From assembly GCA_964396715.1 (NCBI GenBank), contig CAYNFQ010000001.1, forward strand, positions 117,873 to 181,872: DNA of 64,000 bases, in the 5' to 3' direction. This DNA is from an uncultured Gammaproteobacteria bacterium. GTDB taxonomy: Bacteria; Patescibacteriota; Microgenomatia; Daviesbacterales; UBA10151. The notes under the pieces are model-generated. The model searched no databases, was not told the DNA's origin, and saw only the letters and a list, made by a program, of their open reading frames with translations. The translations under genes were made by a program, and so were the position numbers. Positions 9,394-18,659 of the stretch are shown in pieces (position 1 is the first letter of the stretch; each line of letters begins with the position of its first letter).

Positions 9394-10451
9394 TACAGTT
9401 GATATGTTTGTTTAAACCAATTGATAGTTTGTTTAAGGCCTGTTCTAAGATCTACTTTTGGTTGGTAATTTAAGTGATTTTTAATCTTTGTTAAATCCGG
9501 GCAGCGTCTTTGCGGTTCTCCGGCAGGATAATTTTCGGGATAATTTTTTCTTCTGGGTTTTACTCCGCTCCCTATCATATCTGCTATTGTTTGGGCCAGT
9601 TCAAACATACCGATTTCCGGATTGTCATTTCCAATATTATAAACCTCACCTTTTTTTCCCGAGATTAATACTTTAAAAATTGCCACAATTGCATCTGTAA
9701 CATAGCAAAAAGTTCGTGTTTGAATTCCTTTGTCATGTACTGGTAAATCTCTCCCGCTTAAGCCACTATAAATAAATGTAGGTATAACTCGGTAGTCAAC
9801 ATGTTTCATACCAGGCCCATAAATATTAAAGGGTCTGACAATTTTAATTGGTATATCATAAAGCTGATGATAAGTAATACATAAAGTTTCGGTGAGCCTT
9901 TTGGATTCATCATAGCAGGCTCTTGGTCCTATGCTGGAAACATGTCCGGCATAAGTTTCCGGAGTTGGGACAAATTTTGGATCCGGATCACCATAAATCT
10001 CGCTTGAGGAAAAAAACAAAAAACTTGCAGGCCTTGAAACCTTTGCCAGTTCCAAAAGATTTTTTGCGCCCAATATTGCACTTTCAATTGTTTCCAATGG
10101 ATATTTTTTATAATAGTATGGAGAAGCAAGCCCTGCGGCGTGGATTATATAATCCACTTTTTCATTAAGGGCAATAGGCTGTCTTATATCTGCATTGAGA
10201 AGTTTAAAATTTTTATCTTTTAAATTTACTAAAAAATTCTCCTTTGATCCTGTTATATAATTATCAATGGAAATAACCCTACATTTATTTTTCAGCACTT
10301 TTTTGTTAAGAAGATACAAAACCGCATTAATATAACTTCCTATAAACCCCGATCCTCCTGAAATAAGTACAATCTTGCCCTCTAAGGCTTTCGCTTCCTT
10401 CTCTATGCTTTTAATGATAGTTTTTAAATCTTTGTCGTTAATTTTTGACAT
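9393..10451 (-). CDS. Extended SDR, UDP-glucuronate decarboxylase (UXS/ArnA-C-terminal)-like NDP-sugar epimerase/dehydratase
   Basis: GGSGFIGS; SEIYGDP...GHVSSIGPRACYDESKRLTETLC closely matches UXS signature SEVYGDP...GPRACYDEGKRVAETMC. Confidence 0.8.
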   Translation of the reverse strand: MSKINDKDLKTIIKSIEKEAKALEGKIVLISGGSGFIGSYINAVLYLLNKKVLKNKCRVISIDNYITGSKENFLVNLKDKNFKLLNADIRQPIALNEKVDYIIHAAGLASPYYYKKYPLETIESAILGAKNLLELAKVSRPASFLFFSSSEIYGDPDPKFVPTPETYAGHVSSIGPRACYDESKRLTETLCITYHQLYDIPIKIVRPFNIYGPGMKHVDYRVIPTFIYSGLSGRDLPVHDKGIQTRTFCYVTDAIVAIFKVLISGKKGEVYNIGNDNPEIGMFELAQTIADMIGSGVKPRRKNYPENYPAGEPQRRCPDLTKIKNHLNYQPKVDLRTGLKQTINWFKQTYQL

Positions 10452-10454
10452 TTA

Positions 10455-11708
10455 TTAAATTATTGTAGGATCTGGAACGGGTATTATAAAGCTACCCCCG
10501 CGCCTTTTATAATCTTTTAATCTTTCCATTATTGAATCTGCAAAATTCCAGGCCAAAATTAATATGTAATCAGGGTTTGTTTCATCTATTTTGTCAGAGG
10601 GGACAACTAAAATATGGGTGCCCGGTGTATATAAGCCTTGTTTATATTTACTGTCATCCACTATATAATCTAAAATTTTTGGTTCTATTTTAAAATAATT
10701 TAAAAGTGTATTTCCTTTGGCAGGAGCGCCGTATCCTACGATAGTTTTATTTTTTGATTTAAGCTTTTTTAAAATATGCATTAACTTCTTTTTATTTTTC
10801 TCAATTTTTTTAGCAAACCTTAAATAAATTCCTGTTTTATTGAGCCCAAGTCTTTTTTCGTTATTAATATAATCAGCGACAGATTTTTGTATTTTGTATT
10901 TTGCTCCAAGTTTTTTAACATAAACTCTTAAAGATCCTCCGTGTGAATTTACCTTTTTGACATCAAAAATTTCCATGCCAAGCCTTTTAAAAATAGCAGA
11001 TAGAGGTCGGATTGAAAGATAAGATAAATGTTCATGATAAATTGTATCGAATAAGTTTTTTTCTATGAAATCAACTAAATATGGGAATTCAATTACAAAA
11101 ACGCCATTCTCGCCTGTTAAAATTTTTACCGATTCTATTATTTCGTCTAAGTTATGAATATGGGCAAATGCGTTGTTTGCAGTTACTACTTTTGCATGCC
11201 CGAATTTTTTAACAATATCCTTAGCAAGCTTTATGTTTAGAAAATTTGGTAAAGTTTTAATACCAGAGAGCGTTGCCTTTTTTGCTATGGCAACAGCCGG
11301 ATCTACACCCAACACTTTCACCAGAGCCTTTTTAAGAGGCTTAAGCAGGATGCCGTCATTTGAGCCAATATCAATTACCATAGATTTCTTATCCAATTCA
11401 AACCTCTTAATTAAATCCCGAGCATACTCTTCAAAGTGTGCTATAAACACAGGCGAAGTAGATGAAACGTAAACGTAGTTTCTAAAAAGCAAGTCGGGGG
11501 AAACAACGTGGGTAAGTTGTAGCTGATTGCAGTCTAAACAGAAATTAACCTCAAGAGGGAAAAAATGCTCTTTTTTTCTTAAATCAGTTTTCTTTAAAAA
11601 AGCATTGGCAGGAGGGGTCGCAGACAAGGAGATCACGCTTTTTAAATTCTTGCCTTTACACATTCTGCAAAAGTTTAGTTTAAATACCAGGAGATTATTC
11701 TTTTTCAT
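10455..11708 (-). CDS. NDP-hexose C-methyltransferase-like (Zn-ribbon N-terminus + class I MTase + C-methyltransferase C-terminal domain; TylCIII-like)
   Basis: N-terminal CRMC...CLDC zinc-binding pattern typical of sugar C3-methyltransferases; MTase core VIDIGSNDG. Confidence 0.65.
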   Translation of the reverse strand: MKKNNLLVFKLNFCRMCKGKNLKSVISLSATPPANAFLKKTDLRKKEHFFPLEVNFCLDCNQLQLTHVVSPDLLFRNYVYVSSTSPVFIAHFEEYARDLIKRFELDKKSMVIDIGSNDGILLKPLKKALVKVLGVDPAVAIAKKATLSGIKTLPNFLNIKLAKDIVKKFGHAKVVTANNAFAHIHNLDEIIESVKILTGENGVFVIEFPYLVDFIEKNLFDTIYHEHLSYLSIRPLSAIFKRLGMEIFDVKKVNSHGGSLRVYVKKLGAKYKIQKSVADYINNEKRLGLNKTGIYLRFAKKIEKNKKKLMHILKKLKSKNKTIVGYGAPAKGNTLLNYFKIEPKILDYIVDDSKYKQGLYTPGTHILVVPSDKIDETNPDYILILAWNFADSIMERLKDYKRRGGSFIIPVPDPTII

Positions 11709-12144
11709 CTGAAGTAATTTTAACTCTTACCGTATCCCCTTCATATTTACTTTGTTCTCTGGGTTCGGTTGTAACAGCCAAAAAAACACTATCCTCCAAA
11801 AACTCCATAGAATGTGCGATCATTGGTTTAGAAAGTACAAGGTCCCCCGGATTTAAAATTACCGATTCTATTTTAGAATTTGGGTCAGCCATATTTTTTT
11901 CCGAATACTTAAACTTTCCGCTTACGCAATATACAAAATGATAGTCTTTTTTATGATAATGATTGCCTCTTTCGGTTCCTGCTTTGCTTGTTATATATAG
12001 AACAGCCATAAATTGCGTTTTACCACCGTCAATCAATCGGGTTATATAACCTCTCTCATCTTCAAACTCGGGTTTTGTATGGGTAACTTTTATCGCCATA
12101 TTTAATTTAGGCTTAAGTGTATAGAGGATTTTATTCCTTGTCAA
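11695..12144 (-). CDS. Cupin-fold sugar isomerase/epimerase (WxcM/FdtA-like dTDP-4-keto-6-deoxyhexose isomerase family)
   Basis: GNHYHKKDYHFVYCVSGKF cupin metal/His motif; 149 aa; paralog of 28160..28552. Confidence 0.6.
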   Translation of the reverse strand: MTRNKILYTLKPKLNMAIKVTHTKPEFEDERGYITRLIDGGKTQFMAVLYITSKAGTERGNHYHKKDYHFVYCVSGKFKYSEKNMADPNSKIESVILNPGDLVLSKPMIAHSMEFLEDSVFLAVTTEPREQSKYEGDTVRVKITSDEKE

Positions 12145-12185
12145 ATATTTCTTTAATTGAAGATAAGCTAATTGGATATTATGAT

Positions 12186-13037
12186 ATGATTTGTTTTATG
12201 TTATTGGTCTCCATTATTATAACCACCAAAAACGAGCAGAAGAATATTGGCAGACTGCTTGATTCAATAAACGCCCAGAGCTATAAAAATATTGAAACTA
12301 TTTTGGTTGATAATAACTCTTCTGATCAGACTAAAGATGTTGCGAAAAAACTGGGAGCTAAAGTTTACAATTTTGGTCCGGAAAGATCTGCCCAGAGAAA
12401 TTTTGGCGCTAAAGTAGCCAGGGGAAAATACTTATTATTTGTTGATGCGGATATGGAACTTTCAAAAGATGTAGTTTTACAATGTGTCAAATTAATGGAG
12501 AAAAATGAGGAAACAGTAGCTTTAGCCATACCGGAAAATCCAATCGCCAGCACTTTTTGGGATAAAGTGAAAGCACATGAAAGATTAATCTATAACAGGG
12601 AAGGCGATCCGGTAACCGATGCCGCAAGATTTTTTAGAAAAGAAATTTTTATGAGGGTCGGCGGATATGATGAAACAATAACCGGTCCTGAAGATTGGGA
12701 TTTACCGGAAACAATAAAAGAGGCGGGTTTTAAAATAGGCAGGATTTCAGGGTATATCAATCATAGGGAGAGGGTACTTTCCCCTCTAACTCTGGCAAGG
12801 AAGAAATTCTACTACGGCTTGGGCGCTCACAGATATTTGGAAAAGCACAAAATTCCTATAGTTGGCCCTAAAACCGTCTATTTTTTAAGGCCGATATTCT
12901 ATAAAAACTGGCTTAAGCTTATCAAAAATCCTTTTTTAACTTTGGCTATGATATTCATGATGACGGCAGAGCTTTTAGGCGGAGGATTGGGCTATTTAAT
13001 TGGGCTATATAATAGTAGAAGGATTAAAAGATTATGA
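12186..13037 (+). CDS. GT2 glycosyltransferase
   Basis: VSIIITTKNEQKNI...VDNNSSDQT, DAD motif; start moved to Met24 to avoid overlap with convergent cupin gene. Confidence 0.75.
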   Translation: MICFMLLVSIIITTKNEQKNIGRLLDSINAQSYKNIETILVDNNSSDQTKDVAKKLGAKVYNFGPERSAQRNFGAKVARGKYLLFVDADMELSKDVVLQCVKLMEKNEETVALAIPENPIASTFWDKVKAHERLIYNREGDPVTDAARFFRKEIFMRVGGYDETITGPEDWDLPETIKEAGFKIGRISGYINHRERVLSPLTLARKKFYYGLGAHRYLEKHKIPIVGPKTVYFLRPIFYKNWLKLIKNPFLTLAMIFMMTAELLGGGLGYLIGLYNSRRIKRL

Positions 13038-14158
13038 AGGTGTTACAAATTTCAACCCATTTCCTGCCAAATCTGGGGGGTATCGAGACCCATCTTGGGG
13101 ATTTAACAAAGGCTTTGGTAAAAAGACATTGGCAGGTTTTTGTATTGGCATACAGGCCGCTTACCACAAAAACCGACTGGAAAATATATGAGATGGAGGG
13201 AAATTTAAAAGTTTTAAGAATTCCCTGGATACCGGGTTTTTTCTATAAACTTGTTCAAAGTCCTGTTTTGGAATTTTTATACCTTGTTCCGGGTCTTTTC
13301 CTTGCCACCCCAATACTGCTGCTGCTATACAATCCCGAAGTGATAAACGGACACGGATTGGTCGCCGGATTTGTTTCAGTTTTTTGGGGAAGGCTGTTTG
13401 GTAAAAAAGTTGTTGTTTCCACCCACAGTATTTACCATTTTCCAAAAAGAGGTTTATACAAACAATTTGTCCGTTGGATTTTCTCTAAATCAGATTTTGT
13501 TTTGGGACTTTCCAAGCAGGCTGTTTCGGAGATTAAATCATTGAATCCTGAGAATTCCAGGGTTGACAACTTTACTTATTGGGTAGATTTAAATAAGTTT
13601 AAAGTGCAAAGTGCAAAGTTCAAAGTGAAAAAACAGTTGGGGTGGGATGATAAATTTGTGATTTTGTTTGTGGGAAGACTGGTTTTAGAAAAAGGCATAA
13701 AGGAGCTTTTGCAGGCAGCAGGTATTTGGAATAAAAATATCCGGCTGGCAATTATCGGAAGCGGGCCTCTTGAAGGATACCTAAGGAGTCGATTTTCTCG
13801 CGCAAACATTCACTTTGCAGGAAAAATTGAGCAGGATAAATTGCCTGACTTTTATAACGCGGCGGATTTGTTAGTCGTACCTTCAATTCATGAAGAAGGA
13901 TTTGGCAGAGTGATTTTGGAATCGCTGTCTTGCGGATTGCCGGTTGTAGGAGCAAACCGCGGCGCTATTCCCGAAGCCATGGATGAAACCGTAGGAAAAC
14001 TTATTGACATTACTGTGCAAAACATTAAAAATGCCGTAGAGTATTTTTATTTGCATCAAGATGAATTAAGGAAATTAGCCAAAAACTGCCGCAACTTTGC
14101 AGAAAGGAGATATTCGGAAAAAAATGTTGAAAAAATCATCAAAGCCTACCTTGGATAA
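13034..14158 (+). CDS. GT4 (GT-B) glycosyltransferase
   Basis: C-terminal EEGFGRVILESLSCGLPVV signature; ATGA overlap with upstream gene. Confidence 0.8.
   Translation: MKVLQISTHFLPNLGGIETHLGDLTKALVKRHWQVFVLAYRPLTTKTDWKIYEMEGNLKVLRIPWIPGFFYKLVQSPVLEFLYLVPGLFLATPILLLLYNPEVINGHGLVAGFVSVFWGRLFGKKVVVSTHSIYHFPKRGLYKQFVRWIFSKSDFVLGLSKQAVSEIKSLNPENSRVDNFTYWVDLNKFKVQSAKFKVKKQLGWDDKFVILFVGRLVLEKGIKELLQAAGIWNKNIRLAIIGSGPLEGYLRSRFSRANIHFAGKIEQDKLPDFYNAADLLVVPSIHEEGFGRVILESLSCGLPVVGANRGAIPEAMDETVGKLIDITVQNIKNAVEYFYLHQDELRKLAKNCRNFAERRYSEKNVEKIIKAYLG
13593..13627. repeat. Imperfect heptanucleotide tandem repeat (CAAAGTK)x5 inside GT4 CDS, encoding NKFKVQSAKFKVK
   Basis: Read directly: taagttt aaagtg caaagtg caaagtt caaagtg; same unit as the tract at 48356-48390. 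Confidence 0.85.
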
Positions 14159-14189
14159 GCTGAAGAATCTTTTGGCAAATGTTGGGGAT

Positions 14190-14966
14190 ATGGCTCTTAA
14201 AGCAAGGGCTGTAAATATTGTTTTGGGCTTGGGTCTAGAAGATCAAGACAAAATATTAGATATAGGCTGCGGAAATGGTTATTATTTATATCTTTTAAAT
14301 AATTTAGAGGTTAAAGTTGCATTAACAGGTGTAGATAGTGATGATAATGCCTTGAAATCAGCACGAGAGATTGTAGATAACAAAAATATAAAACTGCTTA
14401 AAGCAGATGCTACAAAGCTACCATTTAAAGACTTAAGTTTTGATAAAGTTTTAATGTCCGAGGTGATTGAGCATATAGATGCGGAGGAAAAGGCTTTGTC
14501 TGAGATCAAAAGAGTACTTAAGCCTGGTGGGTTGCTTGTTTTGACTACCTGCAATATTGACTATCCTTTTTTTTGGGATCCAATAAATTGGATACTCCAG
14601 GGTTTGTTTAATACTCACATAAGGTCTGGTTTTTGGGCAGGAATTTGGAACCACCATATAAGATTATACAAGATGGACAGGTTAAAAAAATTAATAGTAA
14701 AAGAAGGATTTATGGTGGAGGAAATTAAACCGTTGACATTCTGGTGTATTCCATTTAACCACTATCTTGTTAATTTTATGGCCAGGTTATTTTATTCAGA
14801 TAAGCTGCCAAAGAATATTTCCCGGGGCATAAATAAATTTGATACAGGCAGACAAATTCCTATGGTAAAGTTTATATTCTGGTTAGTCAATAAAATAGAT
14901 TATTTGAATGAATTATTTCCACAAAAGAGCGGTGTGTCAATTTTTGTTAAAGCTGTTAGAAAATGA
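14190..14966 (+). CDS. Class I SAM-dependent methyltransferase
   Basis: ILDIGCGNGYY motif I, SEVIEHI; ORF opens at 14097 but Met at 14190 avoids overlap with GT4 gene. Confidence 0.7.
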   Translation: MALKARAVNIVLGLGLEDQDKILDIGCGNGYYLYLLNNLEVKVALTGVDSDDNALKSAREIVDNKNIKLLKADATKLPFKDLSFDKVLMSEVIEHIDAEEKALSEIKRVLKPGGLLVLTTCNIDYPFFWDPINWILQGLFNTHIRSGFWAGIWNHHIRLYKMDRLKKLIVKEGFMVEEIKPLTFWCIPFNHYLVNFMARLFYSDKLPKNISRGINKFDTGRQIPMVKFIFWLVNKIDYLNELFPQKSGVSIFVKAVRK

Positions 14967-15007
14967 TTTATGTTGACGATTAGTAAACTTTAGGCTAAAC
15001 TCAGCTC

Positions 15008-16018
15008 ATGTTAAATTGCGCATTGATAGGATATGGATACTGGGGACCCAATATTGCCAGATCTTTAGCAAGGATTAAAAATGTTAATCTTTCAATAATT
15101 TGTGATAAAGATAAAGAAAAACTTGAAAGTGCAAAACTTTTATATCCTCAGGTTTTGATTACGGATGATTTAGATAAAGTTTTAGAAAATTCCAAAGTTG
15201 ACGCAGTGATCATTGCAACCCCTGCCAGCAGCCATTTTACTTTGGCCTCAAAAGCGCTCAAAAAGGATAAGCACATCTTGATTGAGAAGCCAATTACCAT
15301 AAATACCATTGAGGCTCAAATTTTAATAGAGCTTAATAAAAAGCTAAAAAAGATCGTCATGGCCGGGCATACTTTTGAATATAATCCCACAGTTTTAAAA
15401 ATGAAGGAAATAATAGAGAATGATAGTTTTGGAAAAGTTTACTATATTTATTCAACGAGGGTAAATTTGGGACAAATCAGGGGAGATGTGAATGCCCTTT
15501 GGAATCTGGCACCGCACGATGTCTCGATTTTAAATTTCCTTCTAGGAATTTATCCTGATGAAGTTATGGCATCCGGCGCCAGCTTTTTACAAAAGGGGAT
15601 AGATGATGTAGTTTTTGTAATCCTCCGGTATTCAAACAATGTGTTGGCTAAGATTCATGTCAGTTGGCTTGATCCTGCCAAGGAAAGAAAAATGATAGTG
15701 GTGGGTTCAAAAAAAATGCTTGTTTTTGATGATTTAGACAACGAGATGCCCCTAAAAATTTATGATAAAAGAGCGGATACCGGTGAGATTGCCAAGGGTT
15801 TGTCTACGGAATATAAAATTAAGCTTCACTCCGGGGATATTTATGCTCCTCAAATTGAGAATAAAGAACCACTTCTTGAAGAATTAAAACATTTTTTTGA
15901 TTGCATTGAAAAAAATAAACAGCCTGCCACAGGTTTGAATAACGGTTTAAATGTGGTACGTGTTCTGCAAGCTGCACAGGAATCTTTAAGAGATAATAGT
16001 AAATGGATAAAAATTTAA
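15008..16018 (+). CDS. Gfo/Idh/MocA oxidoreductase, UDP-GlcNAc(A) 3-dehydrogenase (WbpB/WlbA)-like
   Basis: ALIGYGYWGPN Rossmann, EKPI motif; operon context with LbH acetyltransferase and DegT aminotransferase. Confidence 0.7.
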   Translation: MLNCALIGYGYWGPNIARSLARIKNVNLSIICDKDKEKLESAKLLYPQVLITDDLDKVLENSKVDAVIIATPASSHFTLASKALKKDKHILIEKPITINTIEAQILIELNKKLKKIVMAGHTFEYNPTVLKMKEIIENDSFGKVYYIYSTRVNLGQIRGDVNALWNLAPHDVSILNFLLGIYPDEVMASGASFLQKGIDDVVFVILRYSNNVLAKIHVSWLDPAKERKMIVVGSKKMLVFDDLDNEMPLKIYDKRADTGEIAKGLSTEYKIKLHSGDIYAPQIENKEPLLEELKHFFDCIEKNKQPATGLNNGLNVVRVLQAAQESLRDNSKWIKI

Positions 16019-16587
16019 GCCCGGTTTCTATTGATTCAATAATTGGTGCCGATTCCCAAATAGAAGAGTTTGTGGTTATCAAAGGAAATACAACAATCGG
16101 AAAAAACAGTTTAATCCGCTCACATACGGTAATTTATCCGGGGAATAAAATCGGGGATAACTTTAAAACAGGCCATGGAGTTTTAATCAGGGAGAACAAC
16201 ATTATTGGTAAAAACGTAAGTATTGGAAGCCACACAGTTTTAGAACATGACGTGATAATTGGCAGCAGTTGCAGAATTCATTCGGGAGCCTTTATTCCGG
16301 AGTTCACAGCTATAGAAGAAGGAGCGTGGATTGGTCCTGCTGTTGTGATTACAAATGCGAAATATCCAAACTCCCCTACGGCCAAGAATAAATTAAAAGG
16401 GGTCACAATTAAAAAGAATGCAAAGATCGGGGCGGGAGCGGTGATCTTACCAGGTGTTATAATAGGCCAAAATGCTTTGGTTGGGGCGGGAGCTGTTGTG
16501 ATTAAAGATGTTTTGGATGGAGAAGTGGTTGTCGGCAATCCCGCAAGAGTTATCAAAAGAATTTCGGAGATTAAAGATTATGAGTAA
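16003..16587 (+). CDS. Left-handed beta-helix (hexapeptide) N-acetyltransferase, WbpD/WlbB-like
   Basis: Repeated [LIV]G-x4 hexapeptides throughout (IGKNVSIGSHTVLEHDVIIGSSCRI...). Confidence 0.8.
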   Translation: MDKNLSPVSIDSIIGADSQIEEFVVIKGNTTIGKNSLIRSHTVIYPGNKIGDNFKTGHGVLIRENNIIGKNVSIGSHTVLEHDVIIGSSCRIHSGAFIPEFTAIEEGAWIGPAVVITNAKYPNSPTAKNKLKGVTIKKNAKIGAGAVILPGVIIGQNALVGAGAVVIKDVLDGEVVVGNPARVIKRISEIKDYE

Positions 16588-17695
16588 TATAAAAAACGTT
16601 TCACTGATGGATTTACCGGGACAATACCGGCTGGTTGAAAAACAGGTTTTACCCAAGATAAAAGAAGTCTTAAAATCCGGCCGTTATATCATGGGGCCGG
16701 AAGTTACCAAATTTGAGGAAAATTTCGCCAAATATTGTCATGTAAAGCATTGTATTGGTACGAGTTCAGGAACGGAATCATTATATCTTTCGCTGCTCGC
16801 GCTTGGTATAGGAGCAGGGGATGAGGTTATCACGGTCCCTAATACCTTTACAGCTACGGCAGAGGTGATAGTTTTGGTGGGTGCAACTCCTGTTTTTGTT
16901 GATGTTGACCCAAAGACTATGAATTTGGATCCCAAGGCGCTAAAATCTAAAATCACCGGTAAAACCAAAGCGGTAATTCCCGTTCATTTGCACGGTAACC
17001 CGGTTGATCTGGATGAAATTTATAAAATTACCTTTCCCAAAAAGATTGCGGTGATTGAAGATGCGGCCCAGGCCCATGGCGCAAAATATAAAGGCAAAAT
17101 TATCGGATCATCAAAATCTGAATTTATCTGTTTTAGTTTTCATCCTGTCAAAAATTTGGGAGCATTTGGTGATGCGGGAGCAATTGTGACAAACGATTCC
17201 AAATTGGCTGAAATTGTCAGAAAACTTTCCAACCACGGAAGGGAAGATCACTATTTTCATAGCTTGATTGGTACAACCGGCAGGTTGGATGCGCTACAAG
17301 GGGCGATTTTGGATATTAAGCTCAAAAAACTTAACAAATGGACAAGGGCAAAAACAAAATGGGCAGGTTATTATAAAAAGAAGTTGTCTGGTATCTGTAA
17401 ATTTATTGAAACAACAACAGGGGGAGAGAGTGCGCACCATGTAGTAGCGTTATTAACTGACCGCAGAGATGAGTTGTCGACATACCTTAAAAGTTTCGGT
17501 ATTGAAACAGGGGTACATTATCCGACGCCGTTGCATATTCAGCCGGCATACAAATTTTTAGGTCATAAAAAGGGTGATTTCCCGGTTGCCGAAAAATACG
17601 CAGAAGAAACTCTTTCCCTACCTCTTTATCCGCATATGAAAAAAGAGGAAATAGATTTTGTTATCCAAAAAATTCATCAATTTTATGACCAGTAA
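16580..17695 (+). CDS. DegT/DnrJ/EryC1/StrS-family PLP-dependent sugar aminotransferase (WbpE/ArnB-like)
   Basis: Start ATG 16580 preceded by ggaga, 8-nt overlap with upstream stop; family-typical GTESL, DAAQAHG, FSFHPVKNLGAFGDAGA motifs. Confidence 0.85.
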   Translation: MSNIKNVSLMDLPGQYRLVEKQVLPKIKEVLKSGRYIMGPEVTKFEENFAKYCHVKHCIGTSSGTESLYLSLLALGIGAGDEVITVPNTFTATAEVIVLVGATPVFVDVDPKTMNLDPKALKSKITGKTKAVIPVHLHGNPVDLDEIYKITFPKKIAVIEDAAQAHGAKYKGKIIGSSKSEFICFSFHPVKNLGAFGDAGAIVTNDSKLAEIVRKLSNHGREDHYFHSLIGTTGRLDALQGAILDIKLKKLNKWTRAKTKWAGYYKKKLSGICKFIETTTGGESAHHVVALLTDRRDELSTYLKSFGIETGVHYPTPLHIQPAYKFLGHKKGDFPVAEKYAEETLSLPLYPHMKKEEIDFVIQKIHQFYDQ

Positions 17696-18659
17696 AAAAA
17701 TATTAATCACCGGAGGCGGAGGTTTTATCGGCAGTTTTCTGACGGAAAAATTTTACAAAGATAATCAAGTTACTTTATTTGATAATGGCCGCAGAAATTC
17801 TTTCCATTTTCTTGACCAAACAATCCGTAAGCAGGTTAATTTTGTAAGCGGCGATATCAGGGACGACGAGAAAGTTTCAAAGATTGTTAAGGGTCAGGAT
17901 ATCGTTATTCATATGGCGGCAATTGCAGGAGCATCTTTTTATGAAACCGATCCGCTTTTGACTTTGGACGTAAATCTCTTTGGGACTGCCAATCTGCTCA
18001 AAGCTCTTATAAAATCAAAAGCGGAAAAAATAATTACTTTTTCCACCTCGGAAGTTTACGGATCTTTGGCAGCTGATGTTTCAGAAGATGATCCAACCTG
18101 CATTGGTCCCGTATCGGAAGGACGGTGGTCGTATGCTGTTTCTAAAATAGCTTCCGATCATCTGGCCAGGGCGTATTTTAAAAAATATAGCCTGCCGGTT
18201 AATATGATAAGACCTTTTAATATTTACGGGCCAAGGCAGGTAGGGGAAGGGGCTGTCAGTAATATGTTAACTCAAGCAATAAAGACGGGAAAGATTTATG
18301 TTTCAGGAGACGGCGCACAAAAAAGGGCATGGTGTTATATATCAGATATGGTTGAAGCTGTAAAGTTGGCTTTGGAAGAAGATGTCTTGGGAGAGTGTTT
18401 TAATGTGGGTAATTCTGATGCTTATGTTACTATTCTGGAGCTTGCAAAAAAAATCCAAAGTCTTGTTAAAGGCTCGGAGATAATTTTTACCGAAGAGAGA
18501 AAGGTGGAAGTTTTGGATAGAAAACCAAATGTAGACAAGGCCAAAAGAGTGCTCGGCTACTCACCTAAAGTTACACTTGAGCAGGGACTTGGATTGACTT
18601 ATAGATGGTGGACTGACAATATTTTAAATTTTAAAAACTTGGGTAGTTGCGGTTTCTAA
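17685..18659 (+). CDS. NAD-dependent NDP-sugar epimerase/dehydratase (extended SDR)
   Basis: ITGGGGFIGS, YAVSK catalytic YxxxK; start at Met10 overlapping upstream stop. Confidence 0.8.
   Translation: MTSKKILITGGGGFIGSFLTEKFYKDNQVTLFDNGRRNSFHFLDQTIRKQVNFVSGDIRDDEKVSKIVKGQDIVIHMAAIAGASFYETDPLLTLDVNLFGTANLLKALIKSKAEKIITFSTSEVYGSLAADVSEDDPTCIGPVSEGRWSYAVSKIASDHLARAYFKKYSLPVNMIRPFNIYGPRQVGEGAVSNMLTQAIKTGKIYVSGDGAQKRAWCYISDMVEAVKLALEEDVLGECFNVGNSDAYVTILELAKKIQSLVKGSEIIFTEERKVEVLDRKPNVDKAKRVLGYSPKVTLEQGLGLTYRWWTDNILNFKNLGSCGF

Noticed and set aside
12117-12185. Extended 5' end of GT2 ORF overlapping the convergent cupin gene
   Set aside because: Internal Met at 12186 gives a canonical GT2 N-terminus (hydrophobic stretch immediately before TKNE) without overlap; upstream extension has no homology support
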